A DNA stretch of 60,628 nt, filler included, from Dirinaria sp. TL-2023a (lineage: Eukaryota), in assembly GCA_051941275.1 (NCBI GenBank). It is 2 parts of 2 records of this genome, joined end to end, with 100 filler letters (N's around TTAATTAATTAA, not from the genome) between each part and the next. Parts side by side here need not be neighbours in the genome. Positions count along the whole stretch, not along the records: positions 30,365 to 60,628 come from JAVEBF010000104.1; 1 more part is not named here. One strand, written 5' to 3'. Position numbers and translations under genes: made by a program. Positions within the stretch are counted from its first letter, which is position 1; each line of letters opens with the position of its first letter. A model generated the notes under the pieces. It searched no databases and was not told the DNA's origin. It saw only the letters and a list, made by a program, of their open reading frames with translations. This document shows positions 35,978 to 48,117 of this stretch, piece after piece.

Positions 35978-38551
35978 TCATTGCACCTGACTAACGATCT
36001 CGCTGGCTTTGGACAAGGACTCCACCATCTGAACACATTCCTTTCTCCGTCGGACCGTGTGCTCGCTCTCCTTCAGCAGATCGTCGATTTCGGTGGCGCG
36101 ATACATGTTTTCGAGGAGTTCTCGTTGCATTTCGTCCTTGGTATGCCTGTTGCCCACATGAGCTTCCTCAAAATTGGGAACTTGAGGAAGACGGAAACTC
36201 ACTGAACGAGCGTAAGCATGATAGCTTTGGGGACCATGTCGATCATTGTTCGTCGGACGATGTTGAAGTAGGAATTAATGAGAAGCTCTAATCACGCAAG
36301 ACCTGATAAGCTTCATTTGCATTTAGTTAGCATAGATCATTCGACTCACTGATGACTTCAACCTCGTTCGATTCTTTCTCGGACAAAGTCCCAGAAGCCT
36401 TCAGCTGCGGCGGCGGCGACTCCATAGCCGCCATCTTCTTCTTATTTTTCTGGGCAAAGAAGCTGCCAAAAAAGCCGCCGCTGTCTGGTGTGGAATCGAG
36501 CGTTGGGCTGGCGGTTCGAGGGGGCAGAGCAGATGCTGGGAGCGGCTTGCCGGTCTTCGGGTCCACTTGGGTAGGCTTCGACGCATTGTGGCGGTCATTG
36601 ACTATCGCCATTGCCTGAGGAGAAAAACTATTAGATCCAGTCATAGATGGCATTCTAGATGATCTAAAGTGTGAAGGGGAGACAGATTGGGGTGAGTAGT
36701 CGGCATTGCGACGATTGTAGACTTGAGAAATGATATCACCCACCCGATGCCCGTTAAGGAAGTCCGGGTGGCCGGTATTAACGTAGCAAGATTCCATAGC
36801 AACCATATCCCTAACGAGCTTATTGGTTGGATCCATGGCCTTTTTGTAGAAGCTTACTACGACCGCGTGGCACTTCTCTTTCAATGCTGGATATCTCCGA
36901 AATAGTGGTTTGTTAAGAAGCTGGCCGAGAATTCGAATCAGCTCATCGTACACCAGCGAAACACATTTGATGCTGGGGTCTTCCAGGCGCTTAATCTGCT
37001 GTTTCACGATCAGTTCAAACGCCGTTGTACCCACAAATAGTGCTGGCGAAGATCCCGAAGAATTGTAAAGAATGGTTCGAATATCGATATCCTTGACCTG
37101 GTCAAACGGATCCACTGCCTTGACACCATTCGCATACAGTTCATGGAAAACGAAGCTTATCCGTGCGCCGCCCGAAAGCTCTATGCTGGAAAGTTCTTGG
37201 TTGTTGCCATCAAGGACTGTACGATATTCGTTGCAGAATTCGGTGATTATCTGTAGGACAATGTTGGAAGCGTTGCCGAGCATAGAGTCACCCAGCGTAT
37301 TCAGCTCGGCGGTGTATTTCTGCAAAGATGAGGAAATGCGGGCTTTGATATCTGGTAAGGTGTTTTTGATGTGCATCATAAGAATCTAAACCTCGTTAGC
37401 TATGTACCGACTGGTAGCTTATCCAGATGTCTTGCCAGATTCAATTTTCGAGCGAGGTAAGGTGTACCGCAGTACGAGCTCTTATTCCGGTAGGCTCGAT
37501 GATTTTCGAAGAACTCTTTTTCGTGCTCAAGAGCAAATGATATCGCTCGCTTATTCTCGATATCCCTCTGGCCCCTGTTAACTACAGGAACATAGCCCAG
37601 TCGCAAAGGTATAATGCGCCCAGCTAGTATGTCCACCACGTCCGTCCCCTCATCCATCAAATCTACCTTAGTAAGAACACCGATTGTACGTTGGCCTTCG
37701 GGATCCACTTCTCGAGCAAGCTTCAAGCCGTCTGAATTTGCCAGATCCGTGTTCGCTGCTGTAACGGCGAGGATGATAGCATTCGGCTTTGTAATCTGCT
37801 TCAGAACCATGTCCTTGATCTGTCTCTCTATATCTCTCGGTTGATCGCCCACAGGAACCTTGGTCAAACCCGGCAAATCAACCAGTGTCAGGGTCAAGAC
37901 ATTGGGAGAGTATATTCGGAGATTGATCGGAGCCGGTGATATGCCCGCATTGCGACCGGTCTTGGAGTCTGTTTCTTTGACAATCTCATCTCTTATTTTA
38001 TTGAAGTCAAAGAACTTCTGCCCCGGTATGTGTAGGAATTCCCCCCATTCGTCGACATTTGCCTCCTTATCCGACGTCTTCATGTCTCCATTGACGCCAT
38101 TTGTTTGTGGTTTATCCGCCGGCGGTGATCGGTTGATGAGTTGTAGGATGAGTGGCCGCCTCGTAACGATACCTGTCCCTCTTGGAAGACTATTATCCAG
38201 GGGTCAGTCATTGCTTGTTGTTCCGTCGCAGAAACCTCACAAGTCTCGCCCAACTATATTTTCCAAAACCGAACTCTTTCCGCTTGACTGCGAACCAACG
38301 ACAGCTATCTGGGGTAGATCTATGGGATTTTGGACCTTGGGAGGAGGAACGTGTCAGCATCGTATTTAGGTTTGCGCGGTGCGTTACTTGTAAGGTCAGA
38401 TACTGACTCCTACTGTCGTGAAGACATCTTGCAGCTTGTTGACTAGAGTGATGAGACCAGGGTCGTTGACGTTTATGCTGCAATGATTGTAAATCCAGGC
38501 CACCATTTTGATATGGCGATAAACTCACGAATAGCCCGCTGACGCGGCCAT
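35978..38551 (-). CDS. VPS1: Dynamin-related GTPase Vps1 (8 exons)
   Basis: [72 protein letters not shown] (insert B) and a GED domain ending ...IVSQVQ*. Confidence 0.96.
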
Positions 38552-38725
38552 GGTTGCGAAAAAGGTATCAGCAGAACTGCGAATTTGTTTTCAGTATAGA
38601 CAGGATTTCCTGGTGAAGCTTGTATAGGGTCGGTGGAGGTGGTGTAAAGGGACTGATTCTCCTAGGGAGCACATGCGCATTGAACGGTTGACGTACTCTG
38701 GTACTGTGCCCGACCCTCGTCGCTG

Positions 38726-38757
38726 GCTTGGCTGCTTGGCTGCTTGGCTGCTTGGCT
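38726..38757. repeat. Tandem 8-bp repeat (GCTTGGCT)x4 upstream of VPS1
   Basis: Four perfect copies read directly from the sequence. Confidence 0.85.
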
Positions 38758-39069
38758 GGGCCGCAATCTACACTAATCCCTATTCGGCTTGCTATCGAAG
38801 GCTTGGCATTAGGTTGCAAGATTAAGCAAGAGCGCTCAAAGAAGTATCCACTAGGCGTAGCTGCTCGTAAGGCTGCTCTGTTTAGGAAGGCACCTTAACA
38901 TATTGCCAACTTAAGTTACTGTAGATACTTGACTTGGCTCCTATAGACAACCCTTTTCCATGTCTGATACCGCCGAAAGCGTCTCTAGCTAATGCGACAT
39001 TCATTCAACCAACCAGCAATACTCATAGCTCAGACCCTCTCACAAGGAATTCCTGACTGCTCTCGCCAT

Positions 39070-41238
39070 TTACTCATCCATCACCGACGCAAATTTCTCC
39101 GTCATTTCCTGCAGGAGGTCGTCATACTAAATGAGAGCGGTCAGCAGAGGTTCGTGGCCGTAGAAGACACATCAACATAGCTTACCTTCTTCGATATCTT
39201 GTCCTCGCCCTCCGTCGGCAGTTCGAACTTCATGCTCCGCAGCTGGTTCTGAATGCTGCTCGTCGCCTCTCGTACTTTGGCCCAGCTGTGGCCCTGCGCA
39301 ACCGCTTTCTGGCTCTCATCATGGAAACCCATGAATGCTCGCATCATGTATTCGGTCTTCCACATGGGGCAAAATTGATCGTAGTCGCTGTAGCCGTTCT
39401 GTTGGAGGAAGTCGTCCTTCAAAAGACCTGCTACGTCGAGCGTAATCTTATCGGGATCGCCCAACGCTGATTTACCCACAAGCTGCACAACTTGATCGAG
39501 ATCTTCCGAATTCGACAAAAGTTCTCGGATGCGGTCCCGTAGTTTGGGGAACTCTGGATAATTTTTCTCATAGAAGGGGTCCAGAATCGTGCCATATTTG
39601 GTATAGGACATCGAGGTATTGATCGATGGAAAATGCTTCCTCTGGGCCAGCTTTTTGTCCAAGCCCCAGAAGACTTGCACAATACCTAGTGTAGCACTGG
39701 TTACGGGGTCGGAAAAGTCACCACCGGGAGGACTGACCGCTCCTACAATGCTGACACTACCTTTGCGTTGAGGGCTCCCTTGACAACTGACTTGACCAGC
39801 TCGCTCGTAGAAGGATGCCAGCTTCGCACCGAGGTAAGCTGGGAAGCCTTGATCCGCCGGCATTTCTCCTAAGCGTCCAGAAATTTCTCGAAGCGCTTCT
39901 GCCCACCTTGATGTCGAATCTGCCATCATTGCGACAGCTTTTCCTTGATCGCGGAAATATTCAGCGACAGTGATACCGGTATAGATGGAAGCCTCGCGGG
40001 CAGCGACAGGCATGTTAGATGTGTTAGCGATAAGTGATGTACGCTTCATAATAGGCTCTTTGCGACCTTTGATCTCGATTTCGAGCTAGATAGGTGTTCA
40101 GCGACCTCCAGATCAGCTTGAGAATCATGAGTACGTACGTCAGGGAAGTCCATTAGCACTTCCGCCATCTCGTTCCCTCGCTCACCGCATCCTACGTAGA
40201 TGATGATGTCGCTGTTTGAAAACTTCGAGACTGACTGGCTAATGACGGTCTTGCCGCACCCAAAAGCACCTGGAATGCATACAGTACCGCCTTGTACACT
40301 AGGAAATAGAGCGTCTAGCACGCGTTGCCCGACGATGAAAGGGGAGTCCGAAGGCAGCTTCTCATTGACAGGTCTTGGAACACGGACGGGCCATGTGTGC
40401 ATCATGCTATACTCAGACTTCTTGCCGTCAAACTCCACTTCCAGGACCTTGTCTTCGACTGTGTAGCTTCCTTTCTCTGCAATGTGGGTTATGGTACCGC
40501 GGGCGCGTGGAGGTAGTAGGATCTTGTGGTCATCTAGCAAGCTATTCTCGAAGACACTTCCGAAGATATCGCCACCCGTAATGTGGTCTCCAACCTTTAC
40601 CTGTCCTGGCTTAAAGTCGAATTTGACTTCCCGATTCAGCGAGGGGACATCGATGCCGCGAGGAATGTAGATGCTGTCGGATACAGATGAGATGGATTTG
40701 AGAGGCCGTTGAATTCCGTCGTAAATCGTTTCCATCAACCCTGGACCCAATTCGACCGAAAGAGGTTTCCCTGTCCTCGCTACGGGATCGCCTACAGTAA
40801 CGCCAGCTGTTTCCTCGTAAACCTGTATAGTAGCTTTGTCGGCCTCGATGCGAATGACCTCGCCGACCAGACTGTCATGACCAACGCGACACTGCCGGCA
40901 AGCCTTCATTAGCAGGATAGGCTTCGACAAGCCCATACATTGCACATACCAATTCGTACATAGCACATCCTATCATATTCTCTGCAACAATGACGGGCCT
41001 AGTCAGGAATTAATTCTAGTTGCCCTGTCTGTGCTGTCCTGTTCCTACCACGTACCCGGAAACGGAGAAGATAGAGCCTAAAAATCGGAGATCAGCTTTC
41101 GAAAGGCCAGCAGCTCCTGCAACGGAAGTGTACCATATTGATCCTCGCCGGCCTCCTGCCTTTTGCGCTCCTTCTGCTATTGGATCATTAGCAGGGTATT
41201 GCCATCGTTTAGGATTATCCATGGCATACTGCAGGCAT
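39070..41238 (-). CDS. VMA1: V-type H+-ATPase catalytic subunit A (7 exons), no intein
   Basis: [24 protein letters not shown], Walker A GAFGCGKT, uninterrupted [26 protein letters not shown] and [10 protein letters not shown]. The first exon is 9 nt (ATGCCTGCA). Confidence 0.97.
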
Positions 41239-41964
41239 GGTGGGCTTTGTCGACGCAGGTATAGCTGTACTGGGGTTGGAGAGTGGAGGGGATAAGAGTG
41301 GCGCAGGTAGTTTGGGAGTCGAAGGTAGAGGTGGCAGATCCTCGATTGGACCCTCGAAAGCTGTCGAGCTCAAGGAAGGGCCTTCGGGATGAATAGATTG
41401 CTGGTGATGGTGCTTGTGAACAAGATCCCAGAGTGAATTGCGAGCCCTGAGTCTAGGCCTCAAACCTAGCATGCGGTAGCTCGAGCCCAGCTTTATCTAG
41501 AGCACGGTGTCATCATCACTTGGGTGGTGGCTGCCGCGCTAAAGTTTAGGTGTCCTCGGGCGCTTAAACGCCTGGAGCAGCCTCTGTGCCGCCTGAAGGA
41601 TGAGTTCCTCATGCAGCCCTGCATCTTAGGCGAATCCTTACCTAAGATCCGCAGATATCTAAAATTCAGATAGCTACCTTAACTAGTATCTGGCTATCAC
41701 AGTCAAAATTACTGATTGGAGTTACTTCTACTCGCTGCCCAATCTCACACTTCCCTCAGCAGGCCCGCCAGCATTTTGGTGACGGGCAAAGGAGTACAGT
41801 AATCCATGATTTTAATTTTACGATATTGATAACCATGTTTTCCGAGTCAAGCGTCTCTGATCCCTTACCCAGGTTTTGTAGAATAGAATATTCGGTCGTT
41901 GCGCACATCTTTACGGAAGTATACCTCGCTTGAAAGTTTTGATCTATATTTGCATTGAAATGAT

Positions 41965-42912
41965 CTATTCTTGAGAAAAAATCTCGCTCGTAAATGGGAT
42001 TGCATCCTGCGCCCCGGGCTTCTGAACGGTGAAAGCCGCAGCTTTGTTTGCCCTTCTTACAGCTTCAGAAATGTCTGGATTTTGGCCAGTCTTCGTCGCT
42101 TTCACCACAGATACCGCATAAGCCCCAACGAATGTATCACCGGCGCCAGTGGTATCAACGGCCTTCACACTATCACCCGGCACTTGACCTGAGCCCTCGC
42201 TAGTCGCAAAGAAGGCACCTTCAGACCCAAGCGTGATGACGACATTGTTCACGCCCATCGACAAAAACTTCCGGGCTACTTTTTCCCAGTCTGAGCCTTG
42301 AATTTGAGAGAGAAGCGCCGCCTCTGTTTCGTTGAGAACCAGGTGGGTAATGGCATTGTAGGCTGCGTTTGGCAGTTCGAGAGCAGGGGCTGGATTGAGT
42401 AAAACATCGACCGCATGCTTTCTGGCGATCTCCAGCACCTGCAGGATAGTTTCTAGCGGAATTTCCATCTGCAGGACGATAAGATCTGGCAGAGGCGCTG
42501 GCAAGTCAATGAATCGCTCTGGAGTCAATTCGTAATTAGCCCCAGGTGAAAACATGATCCTATTCTCTCCCGATTCCTCTTCCACGACTATGACGGAGAC
42601 TCCAGTCATGACCTCATCGACGAATACGATCCCTGACGTGTCGATGCCATCGTCCTTTAGCCCTTCAACAAGTTCCTGGCCGAAACTATCGAAGCCTACG
42701 CAACCGATCATGCGAACCTGCACCTCTTCCCTCGCTTTCGCATTATACCTTGAAAGACGGGCACAAGCTACGGCCTGATTCGCGCCTTTCCCACCAGACC
42801 CGGTTGAGAATGAATTTGCAGTCAGCGTTTCGCCTGCATCTGGAACCCGCGACGTGCGAGTGATCAAATCTTTGTTCAGTGAACCAATCACCGTAATCAA
42901 AGGCAGTGGCAT
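41965..42912 (-). CDS. RBK1: Ribokinase (PfkB family), intronless
   Basis: GSLNKD, GGKGANQAVACARL, NPAPA, NETEA, VITLGSEG and AVDTTGAGDTFVG motifs. Confidence 0.92.
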   Translation of the reverse strand: MPLPLITVIGSLNKDLITRTSRVPDAGETLTANSFSTGSGGKGANQAVACARLSRYNAKAREEVQVRMIGCVGFDSFGQELVEGLKDDGIDTSGIVFVDEVMTGVSVIVVEEESGENRIMFSPGANYELTPERFIDLPAPLPDLIVLQMEIPLETILQVLEIARKHAVDVLLNPAPALELPNAAYNAITHLVLNETEAALLSQIQGSDWEKVARKFLSMGVNNVVITLGSEGAFFATSEGSGQVPGDSVKAVDTTGAGDTFVGAYAVSVVKATKTGQNPDISEAVRRANKAAAFTVQKPGAQDAIPFTSEIFSQE

Positions 42913-43965
42913 CGTGAATCTTCTATCTAACCATTGAAATATTAGATCACTAGCTTTTCGTCATTTGAAGGAAGGAAGGATAATGTTCTTGTATTCTATT
43001 GACCGTTGTTGCAGGCGTACTGGTTGGAATGGGCAGGAGATCACGGGGTATTTTACAAGGTAGGCACCGAGAGCCGCCAGCAGCGTAAGCAGCGGCAGAA
43101 GCGCCTAGATCTAAGCTAGGGAAAGCCACGCTGGGTTCATTCATTGACAGGACGATATTCTCCTTTGAGGTAACAGAAGAACCAGCATAGGTAGTATCAA
43201 GTACCGTGGGTATTTTTACAATTTCTAAGGCTCGCTATCGCTCAGCAAGATTAAACGTCGCAGCTTATTGTGCCTACGCCACCCTCCGTGCCGTAGCACT
43301 AACCCCAGCCTAACCCTCAAACCTTACAGCTTGGTCTTTTCAAGAGAATTCTTCCACCAGCGCGTCCATTACAAGCTCAAGCCATCGGCATCCATCGAAG
43401 TCTCTCCCGAGCCCGAAGATACCGTAGGAGAAACCACATCTCTCCACTGCAGTAATACTAGCGAAGAAGATATGCATGTGTAAGTAGGCTGCTGTACTTC
43501 GTTGATCACAAAACCAAGACGACCACTCGGTTACCTCCATGGAAAACAGAAGGACAGAAGGGCATGTCAGAAGATACTGAAGTGCAACCTTCATTTCTAG
43601 AGCAGTATGATCCCAATGTGCCAGAATACGGCGATGATATAATCGATAGCAAGACTACAGTACGCCCTAAAGAGGCTCATTAGGTATACGTCTCAGTGTT
43701 CTAGGCTGCGGACCGTCTGTGTAATTCTTCTGCTTCTTGTACGCGATCACGAAACCAGTCAAGATTCGCTTTATGCGTCATCGCTTATCGCAAAAAAAAT
43801 TACATCCTCTCCGGCGAATCTATGCTCAGCTCCCACCGAAAGCCCCGCAGCCATTCATTCAAGGCAACGTCGTCCGAGCCGGGAAGTTTCATGAAGAGCG
43901 AACCAATTTCTCCATCTTTCCTGCACATCCAGAACCGCTAGTGAGTTAGATGATAACCCGGTATC

Positions 43966-45180
43966 ATGTCTTCGGACGGAATCTGTACGAATGGTAGCGC
44001 AGATCTCTCATCGAGGGAGTCTGAGATACCTTCCCGACTATACACAAGATACATGAACCATTCACTATCTGATCTCAGAGCACTATGTAGCCAATCTGTG
44101 TCGAGCGCCGACTTTCCACTATGTTCGCAAGTCTCCTCAAAAATTCCACTCTATGAGGTTGGGGGGTTCGATCTTGATGACTACTGCAAAATTTCCAAGC
44201 TCCAAGATGAATGGCATCACATCCTCCTCTCTGGACCTGGTGTCTTCGTCATCAAGCGAATGCAACTAAATGCGTCGCTGATGGAGAGAACAAATGCTAA
44301 TTTCCAAACTATCATTGATGCGGAGAAGGCATCTTCTAAAGGTGATCACTTCGCGCCTTTTGGCAAGAATGACCGCATATGGAACTCTTTCAGCAAGCAT
44401 GCACTCGCCGATGCGGCTTGTTTTATGCAGTACTACTCCAACCCTTGGTTGGCTCTTGTCTGCGACGCGTGGCTAGGACCAGCATATCGTATCACCGCCC
44501 AGGTGAACATTGTCAAACCCGGCGGCGCTGCACAGGTCAGCCATCGAGACTACCATCTTGGTTTTCAAACAGAATCTGGTTGCGCCGCATATCCAAAGGT
44601 ATTTCAGACAGCTTCTCAACTACTCACTTTACAGGGTGCGATAGCACACACCGACATGCCTTTGGAGAGCGGCCCTACGAGGTTCTTGCCGTTCAGTCAG
44701 CGATTTGAAGCTGGATACATGGCCTACCGAAGACCTGAATTCAACCAATTCTTCTTGGAGAATTATGTCCATTTACCATTGCAGAAAGGTGACGCCGTCT
44801 TCTTCAACCCTGCATTGTTCCATGCGGCTGGTGAAAACCAAACATACGATTTGAGCCGAAGCGCCAACCTGCTCCAAGTCAGTAGTGCTTTTGGCAAGTC
44901 TATGGAAACTATCGACACCCTACCACTGATAGAATGCAGTTGGGACCTCTTGAAAGCTAAGCATGAGAGTGAAGGTATGAGTTTCGAGGTGGACGCCTTC
45001 GTCAAGGCGGTCGCTGAGGGATATCCCTTCCCTACAAACCTGAATAAAAGACCACCGGGTGCAGGAGGCTTGGCGCCGGAAAGCCAGCAGGATATCTTAA
45101 AGAAAGCATTGACCAATGGCACGGAATTGAAGGCTTTGATGCATGATCTAATCGATATAAGAGCCGCCGAGGCATCTTGA
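43966..45180 (+). CDS. Phytanoyl-CoA dioxygenase (PhyH) family Fe(II)/2-oxoglutarate dioxygenase, intronless
   Basis: HxD motif in QVSHRDYHLGF, distal His in FFNPALFHAAG, RSANLLQVSSAF and EGYPFPTNL. Confidence 0.88.
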   Translation: MSSDGICTNGSADLSSRESEIPSRLYTRYMNHSLSDLRALCSQSVSSADFPLCSQVSSKIPLYEVGGFDLDDYCKISKLQDEWHHILLSGPGVFVIKRMQLNASLMERTNANFQTIIDAEKASSKGDHFAPFGKNDRIWNSFSKHALADAACFMQYYSNPWLALVCDAWLGPAYRITAQVNIVKPGGAAQVSHRDYHLGFQTESGCAAYPKVFQTASQLLTLQGAIAHTDMPLESGPTRFLPFSQRFEAGYMAYRRPEFNQFFLENYVHLPLQKGDAVFFNPALFHAAGENQTYDLSRSANLLQVSSAFGKSMETIDTLPLIECSWDLLKAKHESEGMSFEVDAFVKAVAEGYPFPTNLNKRPPGAGGLAPESQQDILKKALTNGTELKALMHDLIDIRAAEAS

Positions 45181-47384
45181 TTACGGAAATAATATCGCAA
45201 CTGCGATGAACTCGTAAGGCAGCAGCGAGAATTCGCAATTCTTATGAACTTATACGGCACACATTATGTGGATGATAAAGAGTGAGAATATCTAGCTCAG
45301 CCGATATACATGTGGATAGGGCCCTAACGGGTCGATAGCACCACGTTAAGTCTCTTGCTACATCTCTAACAAGGCGTTTTCATGCCACAGCGAATCGTCC
45401 ACGGGCAATAACAACCTCCGATCCCAGCAATTTTTAATCAAAATTGCCACTCTTAAAACGAGATCTTCACCACCGCTCTCTTACATATTCCAGCAGGTAT
45501 ATTCAAGTCGCATTAATGTTTACGGAGGTCAAGATCGTGAGCGCCGATCTACACGGCTCGTGTGGAGCACGACGTCGTCTTGGATGTATTCGACTGGTCC
45601 CGGCATTTGTAAGTTCTACCAACCGTTGTCGCTTACCACGATGGAAGCTCTGCCGAATGCAAGCATTTTGAGTTTGGCATAATCATAATCTTGCGCTCGC
45701 AGCCATCGCCGCCGACGATGCCTGTAATGCGATCGAAATTAAACACCTTTCTCTTCCATCTGCGATTGTCCTGGAATTTGCTCGAGATCGTCATATATCG
45801 ATTCGCTAGCGGACGTTATTAGAACTACTCTTCTTTCCCAGAACAAAGTCTGTCTCTCGCGGCTTCGGAGATCGGAGTCTTTCTTAATCGATATTGCGCG
45901 CTGCGAGTCCCTGTCCACAATCTATGACTTGTGCTTGACGAACTACCGTATTCGGAGAGTGATGCACTATTCATGAGCTGTGATAGGTGCAGTCTTGACT
46001 GTTAGCGATGGCGACAACATTTCGAAGGTCTTAAGCAATTTAACAATTTCGGCAGTCACCTCCTAACAACGAGAAAGGCTCGGCTCGTCGAAGCCGGCTT
46101 ACGGGTTTATGCTATGATACCGAGTCGATATATTTAGCAGTAACTCGCATACAGATACTCCAGGGAATAACCAACTTACGTGTCATTGCTTTGCGTGTCT
46201 ATAAAGTGGAGATGAGGGTGTAGTTTCCCTGGTGTGTATACTTGACCAACACTTTTGGATAAACCCTAGCAATTTATCCGGCTTGGCAGCTATACAGTAG
46301 TACAGATATTGTTTTGCGGAATTCTTAAAGCTTCCCTTAGTTTATGTCATTATAGGAAAAGGTTAGGTGTAAAGCTGGATGACGAAAGAACTTTTTGTGG
46401 TTCTGGATATAGATATCTCCTAAATAATTGCTCAGGTTTGGAGTTATCCACCGTACGCTGATAAAACGGAATAGCTTACTTCTCGTGATCAGTTTTCCAA
46501 AGAAGCGTCGACAAGGAAGCCAATAAAGGTGGAGCTATCAAAACTCCGAGTATCAAGGCCATTTTGATCACGCTACGTACCATGATACCAGCTTGCGTAT
46601 CTACGGAGTACGGAGAAGAATCGGACAATCCAATGGATATGACAAAGTCGGCATAATTGAGCAGCTCAAGAACATATTTCAATCACTTTTATCTAGTTGG
46701 GCTGCACAGGCTTGGGATTTAGTGTAGATGTACAATCCCATCCAGATATTACGCCACGCGCATGCCACGCGCATGCGACTACCGTCCAAGCCTATTCCGC
46801 TCTCTCACAAGTCCATAGTACTCGTACCGATCGAACAGAGTCTATGGCGCTCAATCAGAACCAGAGATCGAGGGTGGCAACACGAGACCAACCACCGATC
46901 ATTGTAGAAAGTCAATGGCTCTAGGGCTGTCGAAAACCGTGCGGCTTACTGCCGGCTTGATAACCCTCAAGACGAATTATAAAGACTCGGCTATAGTACG
47001 TTGAAATATGAACCCATGATTGTACATTCGTCTTTTATTGAAGGCTCTACATCTCCGATTGAAGAAGATATGTGATCCTCGATTGTCATCACTTCCGCAA
47101 GACAATGATCTCCGCGGAAAATTCGCAAAAAGCAACAACGTGTATCTCAATGAGATCATTGCAGTTCCGTTGCAATGATGCCTCTACAAATTCAAATCGC
47201 AAGGGGTATGGATGATTGCTCATTCTAGATTTCGCGACTAAGAGCACTGCTATTTCACAGTTTGACACTCCTTTCCGTCCAGGGTAAGATCAATGAGTTG
47301 GGTCTTAAGAAGCCTTTTACCGAAGAGGCGCTTAATATACCAGGACTAAGTGCTCTCAAGGCCTTGAGCCTGACGTTATAAGAC

Positions 47385-48117
47385 TTAAGACTTGACATAC
47401 TCGACGACTTTTGTCGTGTCCAGAAACTCAACGGTAGTCAGCGGTACGGTTGAAGAAGCCGCCACAGTCACAGTCACAGATTTGACTCCATTCAGCTTTT
47501 TCTTAAAGTCCACGAAGCTCAATTTTGGGGGCTTGGCATTAGCGTCAAATGTTGCCAGAACTGTAGTGTTGCTACCATCTATCTTAAATCCCTGGAATTG
47601 GAGCGTACACGGCTGAGGAGCACCAGTGGAGACTGCCGTCGACACAGCACAGCCAAAGTATGTGCTAACGAGATCATAGAAAACCACGTTGGAACCATCA
47701 TACTGAGAGGTGATGTTTGGCGGAGTGGTACTGCCACTCAAGATCCCGCCCGTTCCGCCGGCAGAGATAGTATTCTATCACCTCCGTCAGCCACATCGGT
47801 CAGCTACGCCGTCGGATGGAGACCAAGAACGTAATCCTATGCAAATACTTACATTGCCGCTTTGGGATTTTAGGATACTGACGCCGTTGGCTCGAGCTCT
47901 CCAGTCGAGAAAGTCAAGCCCCTTGTACGGGTTAGGAACAGGCGAAGTTGCTGACACGAGGGGATTGGCATCAATATCGTCGTACTTTCAATGCACAATC
48001 AATTAAGATGGAAACTGTAGCTCAGGGTCGTCGACTCACTGTTATAAGAATAGACTTCGAAGTGATCTTCGCGAGGACACACCCAAGAAAAAGAGACAGA
48101 GTCGCAAGGATCCGCAT
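47385..48117 (-). CDS. Small secreted beta-rich protein (DUF7371-like; exons 48117-48040, 47984-47853, 47774-47385)
   Basis: Signal peptide MRILATLSLFLGCVLA, then YDDI..PVPNPYKGLDF and FYDLVSTYFGC..PQPCTLQFQG. Two phase-0 GT-AG introns. Confidence 0.8.

Noticed and set aside
40170..40200. VMA1 intein (VDE/PI-SceI) insertion
   Set aside because: The canonical insertion site [11 protein letters not shown] is uninterrupted, so there is no intein or homing endonuclease.
45400..46700. Coding-like fragments downstream of the PhyH gene
   Set aside because: Short frames with many stops and no recognisable motif, so a gene or pseudogene call cannot be supported.
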